Position numbers and translations under genes: made by a program. The notes beneath the pieces were generated by a model. That model had not been told where the DNA came from. It made no database searches and saw only the letters and a list, made by a program, of their open reading frames with translations. A stretch of 24,579 bases of DNA from a virus (taxonomy: Duplodnaviria > Caudoviricetes). Positions 1 to 9,400 of the stretch are shown in pieces (the stretch's first letter is position 1; every line of letters starts with the position of its first letter). The stretch covers positions 1 through 24,579 of IMG/VR virus record IMGVR_UViG_3300042470_000147; one strand, 5' to 3'.

Positions 1-2
1 AA

Positions 3-68
3 GCCGCGTGTAACGCAGCGAATGCGCTGTGCGCGTTGGCGACATCGAAGACGATTCAGAAGCCGTAA
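3..68 (+). CDS. 3' end of a small phage hypothetical protein (partial, ...AACNAANALCALATSKTIQKP*)
   Basis: Frame 3 is open from the window edge to TAA at 66-68, followed by a terminator-like hairpin; the AACNAANA motif resembles a small phage protein family I recall. Not in the ORF track (too short). Confidence 0.5.
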   Translation, partial: AACNAANALCALATSKTIQKP

Positions 69-110
69 CAACGGGGGCCGCCGGGGATTGCTCGGTGGCC
101 TCTTTGTTAC
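65..110 (+). terminator. RNA hairpin, probable intrinsic terminator/attenuator
   Basis: GGGGGCCGCCGGG (73-85) pairs with CTCGGTGGCCTCT (91-103) using 4 G-U pairs, loop GATTG, followed by TTGTT; outer stem GTAACAA (65-71) / TTGTTAC (104-110). The G-U pairs favour the + strand transcript. Confidence 0.6.
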
Positions 111-130
111 AGATTAAAAAGGAACATGCT

Positions 131-367
131 ATGACCCGCGACCACATAAACATGCTTCTGAACGTAGCCATTACCGCAAGCAACACGCAGGTATGGACTA
201 TTACTCAGGAACAGTTAGAACGCTTCGCCGCCCTCGTTGCCGCAGCCGAGCGGGAGGCGTGTGCGAAGTTGTGTGAGGACGGTCCGCTACCGAAAGAATC
301 AACGACATTGACGCATATCCCGACACTGGTGCGATGCGCCACCGCTATCCGTGCGAGGGGAAAGTGA
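131..367 (+). CDS. phage hypothetical protein (LERFAALVAAAEREACAKLC...CATAIRARG family), 78 aa
   Basis: Start moved from 29 to ATG 131 (AAGGA upstream, downstream of the hairpin); the EREACA...AIRARG motif is common in small proteobacterial phage proteins; TGATG coupling to next gene. Confidence 0.8.
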   Translation: MTRDHINMLLNVAITASNTQVWTITQEQLERFAALVAAAEREACAKLCEDGPLPKESTTLTHIPTLVRCATAIRARGK

Positions 368-825
368 TGGACAGAGAAGATGTAATCCGCATAGCCAAGC
401 GAGCCGGGATCGTATTCCGACTGACGAGTACTGACGTTACGGTGGAGAAATTGGAGCGGTTTCTGGAGTTGGTGGATGGGTATAAAACTAGAGGGTGGCG
501 CGTCAAAGAACCAGAGGCTAGGAAAGTCACTGACGTAAGTCTCTTTGCGAGAGAAACAAATCCTACCCCGGAGGGTTTTGGCCCCCACATTTTCCGCGAA
601 GAAAAAGAAGCCTACATTCCGTATGGTTCTCGCGGATTGTTGTGGTTCTGGCTGCGCTCAGAAGGCGGAGCCATTAGGCGAGGGATCAACCTCACCATCA
701 TTGGCAAGGACAATCCTTCTGGTTGTTACAGAGGGTTTGTGCTGATTCTCAAAACCAAAAAGCACAAGTACCGATTCCGTTTTCGAATGGGCATCAAGCC
801 TATGTTTCTGTGGAGTAAGGAATGA
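367..825 (+). CDS. phage hypothetical protein, 152 aa
   Basis: ATG 367 overlaps upstream TGA (TGATG); N-terminus MDREDVIRIAKRAG...LERF resembles the preceding gene; ATGA overlap with the next gene. Confidence 0.7.
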   Translation: MDREDVIRIAKRAGIVFRLTSTDVTVEKLERFLELVDGYKTRGWRVKEPEARKVTDVSLFARETNPTPEGFGPHIFREEKEAYIPYGSRGLLWFWLRSEGGAIRRGINLTIIGKDNPSGCYRGFVLILKTKKHKYRFRFRMGIKPMFLWSKE

Positions 826-1499
826 GAGTCTTTATTGGATATGACAGTCGGGAAGACATTGCCTTTCGGGTTTGCGAGAGTTCACTCCGCAAGCACAGCA
901 AAATCCCCATTGATGTCTGGCCGATTAAGCAGCAAGAGATGCGGACTCAGAAACTTTACTGGAGAGATCATGACCCGCTCGCCTCCACGGAGTTCTCGTT
1001 TACACGCTTCCTCGCTCCGCATCTGGCTGGATACAAGGGTTGGGTCTTGTTCTGTGATTGCGACTTCCTCTTCCGCAAGGACATCTCAGGGCTGCGTGAT
1101 TACATGAATCCCGAGAAGGCGGTGATGGTGGTTAAACACGAATACAACCCGCCCGAGAAGATCAAGATGGATGGGAAGGCACAGACCCAGTACACCCGAA
1201 AGAACTGGAGTTCGTTCATGCTCATCAACTGTGAGCATCCTTCTGTCCAAGCATTGACTCCCGATGTGGTGAATAGACAGACAGGACTCTACCTTCATCG
1301 CTTCCAATGGTTAGAGAACAAGCACATTGGCGAACTGCCGATGACCTACAACTACCTTGAGGGTTGGCATACCAAACAGGACTGCGAAGATCCCATCGCT
1401 GTCCACTTCACTCGCGGCGGTCCTTGGTTCAAGGACTACATGCAAGTCGAGTACGGTGATGAATGGATCGAACACGCAAAGAGGATTACCCATGAGTGA
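822..1499 (+). CDS. GT-A fold glycosyltransferase (GT8-like / plant CDI-like nucleotide-diphospho-sugar transferase)
   Basis: Motifs VFIGYDSRE, STEFSFTRFL, DxD (FCDCDFL), RKNWSSFML, YNYL and HFTRGGPWF. Confidence 0.85.
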   Translation: MRVFIGYDSREDIAFRVCESSLRKHSKIPIDVWPIKQQEMRTQKLYWRDHDPLASTEFSFTRFLAPHLAGYKGWVLFCDCDFLFRKDISGLRDYMNPEKAVMVVKHEYNPPEKIKMDGKAQTQYTRKNWSSFMLINCEHPSVQALTPDVVNRQTGLYLHRFQWLENKHIGELPMTYNYLEGWHTKQDCEDPIAVHFTRGGPWFKDYMQVEYGDEWIEHAKRITHE

Positions 1500-1746
1500 C
1501 GTGAATGAAGAAGATGTTTCTTACTTAGACATCCCTTCGGCAAAGACTGAGGAGAAGGTCTGGTGCAAGATCGGTGAGGCCGGGAACTTGGAGTTCGTGG
1601 ACTGGAAGATCATCAAGGGGATGGCTGAGGATTTCGATCTCAAGCGTCCTCAAGATCGTACTGAACAGATGTTGATTGCAAAACTGATGTGGTTGGTTAG
1701 AGAAGAAACCAAGCGGGAGTTTGGCAATGAAGACAAGGCAGGATGA
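1492..1746 (+). CDS. phage hypothetical protein, 84 aa
   Basis: ATG 1492 with GAGGA upstream and an 8-nt overlap with the GT gene end; preferred over the track start at 1357. Confidence 0.7.
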   Translation: MSDVNEEDVSYLDIPSAKTEEKVWCKIGEAGNLEFVDWKIIKGMAEDFDLKRPQDRTEQMLIAKLMWLVREETKREFGNEDKAG

Positions 1747-1948
1747 GTTCTATGATGATTGGGACAGGGAATGGGATGCCATGTCCCATACTACAAGCGA
1801 ATACCAGAGAGAGATTAAAGAACTCAGGGCTAGGATCTTTGAGTACTTAAAGGAAATAGCAGAGAGAGATCAACTGATCGAAAGCATGAAAGAAGAACTC
1901 GCCCTCCAGAATAAGTACTGGATGAAATCATTTGGCATGGACAAATGA
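1727..1948 (+). CDS. phage hypothetical coiled-coil protein, 73 aa
   Basis: ATG 1727 preceded by GGGAG; charged heptad-like segment YQREIKELRARIFEYLKEIAERDQLIESMKEEL; ATGA overlap with next gene. Confidence 0.7.
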   Translation: MKTRQDEFYDDWDREWDAMSHTTSEYQREIKELRARIFEYLKEIAERDQLIESMKEELALQNKYWMKSFGMDK

Positions 1949-2142
1949 ACTGGAAACGAGAAGACATCCTTGAGGTGTTGGGTTGGGTGGAAGAATCCGC
2001 CGATGACATCAACGCCATTACCACAGAACTGGAGTTCATCGTGGTGAGCGAACTATTTAAACGATGTGCCGATGAGATCCGCAGTCTGCGGGCAGAGATC
2101 GCTGAACTGAAAAGCAAAAAACCAAACAGGAGAAGGAAATGA
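1945..2142 (+). CDS. phage hypothetical protein, 65 aa (CADEIRSLRAEI motif)
   Basis: ATGA overlaps at both ends; the ADEI..LR motif is frequent in small phage proteins. Confidence 0.7.
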   Translation: MNWKREDILEVLGWVEESADDINAITTELEFIVVSELFKRCADEIRSLRAEIAELKSKKPNRRRK

Positions 2143-2327
2143 ATCTTGAGAAAACGTCTTCGTTCACTGAAGTTGATTACGCCTTGGAAGAGGCGCAGTA
2201 CCTGACACAGAAAGAGAAGACCCAATACTCAGTTGTTCAGGTTGATGGAATCGCAGGGCGTAGGTTCTATGCCCTGCCTACAGACACTATCGTTTCGGTC
2301 ACGATCCTCGAAACATTTACCCCATGA
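2139..2327 (+). CDS. phage hypothetical protein, 62 aa
   Basis: AGGAGAAGG upstream; ATGA overlaps at both ends. Confidence 0.7.
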   Translation: MNLEKTSSFTEVDYALEEAQYLTQKEKTQYSVVQVDGIAGRRFYALPTDTIVSVTILETFTP

Positions 2328-2818
2328 ACCCAGTGGTGAATCTGCTCCCTTGGGAGTATGAATGGGTCTGTCATGTGGGTGCGAGAAGGTATGCGGCGAA
2401 CTGGTTCAGACCAGATGCCAAGCATTACCACAGAGACAGGATGGAAGATGACAGGACCGCTGCGGCTGCTGCGTGTGCTGCGGAACTGGCGGTAGCGAAG
2501 TACACCAATCGCTACTGGTCAGGTCATGTCTGGGACTATCGGGATCACAACCAGTACAAAGAGATTCCCGATGTCGGGACAAACATCGAAGTCCGTCGCA
2601 TCCGAACAAGGGAAACAGCGGCAGTCAGGAAGAGACAGGTCGGTAAGGGTCTGGTCCTATTCGTTGCCAAGCCCATCATGCCTGAGATCCGCAGCGTCGA
2701 GATCTACGGGTGGATGCACTACGACGAAGCATGGTCAGTCGGAACCCAGTCCGACTACGACCCTGATACCCGACTCATCAGCGTGGATCATTTAAACACT
2801 TATGAACCCAAATCTTGA
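2324..2818 (+). CDS. phage protein, possible PD-(D/E)xK nuclease-like fold
   Basis: Helix AAELAVAKY followed by PDVGTNIEVR matches an E...PD...ExK/R spacing; the function is inferred. Confidence 0.55.
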   Translation: MNPVVNLLPWEYEWVCHVGARRYAANWFRPDAKHYHRDRMEDDRTAAAAACAAELAVAKYTNRYWSGHVWDYRDHNQYKEIPDVGTNIEVRRIRTRETAAVRKRQVGKGLVLFVAKPIMPEIRSVEIYGWMHYDEAWSVGTQSDYDPDTRLISVDHLNTYEPKS

Positions 2819-3125
2819 AGAGATCATTGCGAAGGTTGTCAAACAGAACCGGCGTAGTCTGGGTCAGAACTCACTGATGTGGGCGTTGCTCAGTGACATC
2901 TCCAGACAGGTGGAATGGCACGGGCAGAGGCTCTCCAAGAATGACTGGAAATGGATCTTCACTGCTGCGGTACGCAGGCAGAGGATGGTTCCGGGGATCG
3001 ACGGGGGGATGGTCTATCTGGGGGAGCCTACTTCTGGGATGTCCAAACAGGAACTCGCAGACCTGATCGAACTCATCTACCACTTCGGTGCAGAGCGCGG
3101 TGTTGAATGGACGGAAGTTGACTGA
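2802..3125 (+). CDS. ninB: NinB/Orf-family recombination protein (short form)
   Basis: RSLGQNSLMWALLSDISRQVEWHG, DWKWIFTAA, VPGIDGG and TSGMSKQELADLIELIYHFGAERGVEW are characteristic lambda NinB-family motifs. Confidence 0.88.
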   Translation: MNPNLEEIIAKVVKQNRRSLGQNSLMWALLSDISRQVEWHGQRLSKNDWKWIFTAAVRRQRMVPGIDGGMVYLGEPTSGMSKQELADLIELIYHFGAERGVEWTEVD

Positions 3126-3134
3126 TACTCTGCG

Positions 3135-3491
3135 CTAGGCAGCGTTATCCTGTTTGCTGCCTGTTTGTGAAACCTTCTTGAGGGGGGTCAAGTCTGACTC
3201 CCCTCCTTTTTCGTCCAACAGACGAATGGTCTCAGCCAGCAGATCCAATTCGGATAGTTTGGCGATCTTCATCAGGGCCTTGGTTCCGTGGAACCCATGA
3301 GTTCCCCGATGGCATTCCACACAGAGAGCCACAGTCAGGTAGTCACTTGCCCTGTCCCCAAGCCCATGCCCGGTACGGATGTGGTGGGCTTCTGTCACAG
3401 AGGTCTGGGGCTGGCCTAGTAAGGAACAGAGGACACAGTCCAACTGTTTAACCTTGCCGAGGTAGTGACTAGCCTGCTTGTCTCTGCTCAT
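3135..3491 (-). CDS. Ref/DUF968-like Zn-binding HNH nuclease
   Basis: CVLC...EAHHIRTGHGLG.RASDYLTVALCVECHRG...GFH; GAGGAG upstream; 23-nt overlap with the polyvalent gene end. Confidence 0.8.
   Translation of the reverse strand: MSRDKQASHYLGKVKQLDCVLCSLLGQPQTSVTEAHHIRTGHGLGDRASDYLTVALCVECHRGTHGFHGTKALMKIAKLSELDLLAETIRLLDEKGGESDLTPLKKVSQTGSKQDNAA
3180..3211 (+). terminator. Rho-independent terminator of the + strand operon
   Basis: GAGGGGGGTCA (3180-3190) / TGACTCCCCTC (3195-3205): 11-bp stem with one G-U pair, AGTC loop, then CTTTTT; about 55 nt after the ninB stop. Confidence 0.75.
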
Positions 3492-6400
3492 CGTAGGCCA
3501 GTCTCCTCAGTTGCGGCATTACCTTCAACTGAAGATTAATGTTCCTGTCGAGTTCATCAATGATCCTTCGCTTCTCAGCAGGATCAATATCCATCCGGAG
3601 TATCGCATCTTTCTGATCGCGATATCTCTTCATCAACTTATCAAGTACATTCACGCCGCTCTTGAGTTGGAGGATGTTCTCGTTCTCAAGCATGTAAGCC
3701 TGAAGTTCATCGACTCGACCCTGATCTTTCAGAGCGTTGATGCTTCCGACGATACCATTGATGTTCTTGTCGAGTTCATAGAACTGTTCCTGTAAGCCCG
3801 GTCTCATCGCAGTCGTGAAGAACCGGCGCACGAACGGATACTCAAACCACTTCCTCTGCGGATACTGCATGTCGTTATCGCGAAGGAGTGTGTCTGCGGC
3901 ATCAAGGGTATAAGTTCCAAGACTACCAAGGTAGCCATTCATCAAGTGATCCAGTTTGAGAGGAGAGATACCAGTCGCTTCTCCTGCGCGACGAGCGAGT
4001 TCGTTCGTGCCAAATCGCGCCTGAGCAATCGCATTTCGGTCTTGCATGTATGTCGGGACGATGGGTCTGCCCGTGAACGTGTCGTAGTTCGCGACCGTCT
4101 CAAGGATCGGCAAGATCGCTTGCGGAACAGGGTTAAACGCCAAAGTGCTGGTCGTTGCGCGGAGAAGTGAATCGCGCAAATCCTTCGACGTAGTGTCCCC
4201 ATAGGACATGTCGAGGATGCGTTCCGGGATCGTCTTGAAGAGGATACCCACTTCGAAGGGAATCGGAATCTTTACAGCAAAGCCCGGCTCGCGATTGGCA
4301 AGGTCTGCTTTCTTGATCGGGATCAGGTAGTAGTTATCCTTCACTTCCTGATTCTCGTTATCGTATAACTCATCGTCAGAGATCATGGCGTAGTACAAGC
4401 CAGTCAATCCGACCATGAGTCCTGCGCGAACAACGAATCTCTGGATGTTCTTACGACGATCTCTGGTCACACCAGAGGTTCCGGTCGCTGCCTGATACAA
4501 CTTGTCGAGACCTTGGATACGCGCATTCAAGAACGGCACCGTTGCAGTGACAAGCCTCAACTGCGGGTTCCGTCCACGCCGTCCATAGTTGATGACAGAC
4601 AGCGCCTGATAGGCGGCTTCTACCCAGTCGCCTGTTCTCTTGAGCGTGTCCTCATAGACCGCATTACGGGTCGAGGCTTCTGCCTTATCTGAAATCGTTC
4701 CAAGGAAATCCCATGCGCCTTTAAGCGGACGCATGTAAGCAGAGTTCACTACCTCATCCCACTTCGTCTCTTCTCGTACAGGGATCTCATGCCCTCTCTT
4801 ACGAGCCTCGTCTGAGAGGAACTTGACCACATCCTGCGGATCACGGGCGAAGTCATATCCGCCTACCACGCCAAACCGGGCAAGATTATCCAGACCGCGA
4901 TTGAAGTTCCGTGCGGTATCAACGGCAGGGATGATGTTCGCTCCGCTTGTCAGAAGGACGGAGACGGTATCGCGGGCCATGTTCGCGATGAGATAACCCG
5001 GCTCACGGACAATGAGTTCTCGCAATACGGTCGCCGGAACCCTGAAGAGATTCCCCAGTAGCCCATCAAGATTGACATCTGGGATCGCCTGCATGGATTC
5101 GAAGATCAGCGGATCGTCGATGAATGCAGTAACGCGCTTGCCGTTGACCTTGAGATTGACGGTCGGCTTCCCTTCGACATTCTCGCCGGGCTGTTTAAAT
5201 CGGCCCATGCCGATGTTGACCATATCCCTGACGATTCGCTGCTGGGCGACGTTCTTCATGCCCATTGCAATCGCCGCATCAAGGTTGGAAAGAATCGCCT
5301 CCATGAGCGGGACGTTGATTCCCTCCTCGCTGCCTCTCAGGGCTTTGAGGGTCGATGCGGTGGTGAGGTTACCGCCGAATACACTGGGATCAGAGATGTC
5401 CTTGCCGGTCTTATCCGTTCGATAGAAGGGGTAATAGTCAGACTGATTCAACCACTTGGTTGCAGCAGCATCATCAATCATTCCCGTATCGCGCAGGAAC
5501 TTGACGGTGTTGGCATTGTAAGCCTGCCATGCGTCATACCATTCCCTGATGATGGGTTGACCCGTTGCAGGATTGATGTACTGATTCGCTTCCTGCTCAA
5601 TCTCTTGCAGGAATGCAGCATCAGCAGGAACGGCTTTACCTTCCCTGCTTAAACGCTCTCCACGCTTGGCAACCGCATACGCCTGAGCCAGTTTCTCAAG
5701 GCTGGCGTTGTACTGATTGTTGTAGAGCGGGGCGAGGACATCGATAAGTCCCTTGTACTGCCTGCCGTTATGGACAAACGGATCAACACGGAAGCCGCCA
5801 TCGACATAGACCGGAACCCCTTCGGTGATCGCCGCTGCGAAGATTGCCTTGCTGCGATCCGCAAACTCTGCCGCTGCCAGTGAACTGACTGCCGCAGTGT
5901 TATGCATCAGCGAAGGATGATTCTGGTTGTAGAACTCAAGACGAGAGAAATTGAAGATCGCGTTCTGACGCAGTTTGTCCACGGTGTCCCGGAACGGTGA
6001 CATCCTCATGGAGTTAATTACCGTTCTAACAGGGTCTTGATTCGGAGGTTCAGGGACAACCTGATCAAGAATAGTCCTGATGTTCGGGTTCCGATAGTTC
6101 GGTTGGTTCTGGCGCGAGTATCGCACCTCATCATCCGGGGTCAGTTTCAGACCTTGCTCCGGATTCTGTGCGACGTAGAGCGCATCAGGCGATGCCGCCA
6201 AGTTGTAGAGCGGGATCGCCATTGCAGGCGTGGACTCAATATCCGCCCTCGCATTCTCAACCGCTTGGTCGAGTTGCGCTTGCGGTCTTTCAATAGGCGT
6301 TACTTCTGCGGCGGCTTTTGCTGCGCCTTGCTGCCCTTCTTGTCCTTGCCAGATGATGGTGCCGTCACCGGCAAGGTCGATGCGCGATGGAGGGTACCGA

Positions 6401-9400
6401 CGCTGTAGAAGTTCAACTTCTTGTAGTCTTCCTCTGTCGCGTAATGAGCCGAGATACGCTTCGCCATTTCGATTCTCCTTCCAATCGTTCTTTGTAGACG
6501 ATAGCACAACCTGACTAATTATTGAACGGTCAAGTTCAACATTAGTTTGTTCGGCTGCATCGTTCGCAGCATTGATGATCTTCTCGACTTCGTTTCTTCG
6601 CCACTTGCCGCCAAAGTTTAAAAGACGAATGCCCGGCATCCCATCGATGAGGATCTGCTGGAAGCCCGGAGCAATGGGATCGCCTTCTTTGTTCTTTGGT
6701 GCGAACTCAAGGAACTTGGAGAAGAACTTCGTCGCGTTATCAACGGAGTCAAGGTTAGGCGAGAGGATGTCAATCGCCATGTTCTTTCCAGACTTCAACG
6801 ATCTGGTGTTGATGATCTCCGTTTGCTGGAAGGCATAGCCAACCATGTCCATGAAATCATCGACGGCTTCAGGACTCGCGACCGCATCCAGTTGGATCGC
6901 GCCTTCAAGCCACTGGAGATACGCGCCTACGCCCGCGACGTTCTGTTTAACCTTGATACCAGCAAGATTTGCGAGGAACCCAATCTCTCTCTGTGCGACA
7001 TCGACAGGGATTTCTTTCCCTGCGAGTTTGTCTGCGAGGACAGAGTTTGCACCGGGGGCCAAGCCAATCGAAACACGGCGCGTGTTACCGCCAATGATGT
7101 CACGAACGAACTCTGCATCGACGCCCATGGCTCGCTGCATCGTCACCCAACCGACAGCCTGAACCTCGCGAGCGGTCCAACCGCCACCGTCGAAGTTCTG
7201 TCTGTTGAGCATCTCAGCGACATCGTTGTAGAAGTCGATGCCGTACTCGTACTGCGTCTCGCCTGAGGTTGTCTTATCTACCTGAAGGCGATTGGCTGCT
7301 TCATTACCAAAGTTCTTGCGGATGTATTCCTGCACAGTCGGATCGACAAAGCCGATATCGCGCTGCGCCCAGACATCAATCGCCGCAGGCTGTCTGCCAC
7401 GGACATCACCACGAACCACCGTTCGCGTATCCAATCCCAGTTCGCTGTCGAGGAAGTCGAGGAGTTTGTCACCCACTCCGCCTTCCGGAACTCTATCGCT
7501 CAGGACATCGATCAATGCCTGTTGGTTTAAACCTGCCTTCTTGATTTCAGGTTTGCCAACGGCCATGTCCGCTGCTCGCAGTACGTCCGTGAATCCCTTC
7601 GTGGGACTGGCGCGTTTCTGTGAGAGTAGCCATGCGAGTGCGTACTTCGGAGTCTCATCACCGAAGATGGGGCGGAAGGCTTCGTCTAACTGTCGATACC
7701 ACCCGCGAGCATCTTTGATTTCCTCCATGCTCATCAGGGTATTGACACGGTTTAACCAGTCTTCGTTGGTGATCTTTCCAACCAAGAATGAAGGTCTGCC
7801 CGGAACTGTAAGTTCGACACGTTCGTTCCGGGGCGCACCGACACCGGGTTCCCGTGCAAGGCGGCGGCGAATACGACCTTCGGCCTCTTCTGGGGTAACG
7901 ATATCTGCCAAAGGACTACGCGGCGGTTTGCTGCGAGATTCCAAAATGAGATCCGTCTCAAGACCAAAGTCGCCCGTGTTTCCTACCGCAGACTTGACCT
8001 GATTCGGGTTGAAGACAGCAAGGTTCTTCTCGCCCTGCTCTTCAACGAACATGGAGTCATAGCCAAGTTCTCTAATCGCATCAAGAATCGGAGCATTACC
8101 ATCCGATCCTTCAATGGTCTGCCAGTTACCCTGACCAATCTCTTCGACCATGGACGCGGTGATATCTGCGCCGTTCTCTCTGGCGCGACGAACAACAGCG
8201 CGAACATCCTCGCGATTGTCGTAGTCCCAAGGCTTGTCCGCCTTGACGTAGACGGGCATCAGGTTCCCGCTTGAAGGCAGGCGAGTCTGGATGGCGTTGA
8301 GGTAACGCGAACTGCGTCCCTCTGCGGCAACATCCTTCACCGCCTGCAAGGACTTCGGATTGATGGCCTTACCGTTCGCAATGTCCTTCGCGATCCTGTC
8401 TCTCTCCGCCCTCATCTTCTCGTAGAGCGGAGGGGAGAACGAAGACTGGACGGCCAGTGCCTCATTCAAGACATCCAAGACTTGCTGGTCTGACATGAAG
8501 TCCGGGAAGTTGCTGACCATGTAGTTATCAGACAAGAACGCGAACTCTTCCGCGAATGCCGGACTCTTGGTGACGAAGACAGATCCCGCCTGCTTCGGAC
8601 GGAACCGATCAATGATCGCCCCGGTTCCATGGTAGAAAACCTGCGGGCGACCCTGACTATCCTTCGCCTTGCTCTTGCCGAACCAGCGCCAGAAGTTGGT
8701 TAAACCTTGCTCAGTGTTTCGAGTGGCTCTGCCAACCTGCTCAAGACCTTCGCCGCCAATAAAGATCGGGCGACCTTCGGCATTGGTGGTCGGAACCGAT
8801 TCGCCTTCGACAGAGATACGGGGAGGGAGTCTCGACTCCATGATCTCCGCACCCTGAAGCATTTCAGGGGGAAGGTCAGAGGTTGCCCGTGGACGGGCCG
8901 CAGGCGGCGCAGGAGGAGCGGTAGCGGCAGCAGGTGTAACGACGGCAGGGGCTGGAGCAGCGCCTCCCAGAATGCCTGCTAATCGTTCCGGAGTGGTACC
9001 CGCACGGGATAGCGCAGCCTCAGTGGCACGGAGGGTGCGGATCTCACCACGCTGACGACCGCCTACCTCGCCACGCTCAAAGCGGGAAAGGATATCTCCG
9101 TAGGTCTGGAACCCAGTTCCGGTCAGGGCAGAGCGTAGTCTTTGGAAGAACTGCGCCATTCTCTCCAGAAGATTCTGGGGACGCCCACTGACTTTCAATT
9201 GCTTGGCTGTGTAGTCACGGAACATATCCGCGACCGCCTCTTCGATCTGAATTACTCCACTACGATCTGAGTAGTTGGTCTTGGCGATATCGAAGTAGGT
9301 CTGATTAGTACCCGGCTTCTTGACCTTGGTGATGGCGTTCTCAAGGTTCGACCACTCGTCCTGTTTCCATAGATCCAGAAGACGGGCAGCATGGATCACC

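Noticed and set aside
29-130. Track start at 29 for the first ORF (likewise 334, 1357 and 1721 for later ORFs)
   Set aside because: These extensions cross the hairpin or upstream genes; downstream ATGs have an RBS or stop-start coupling.
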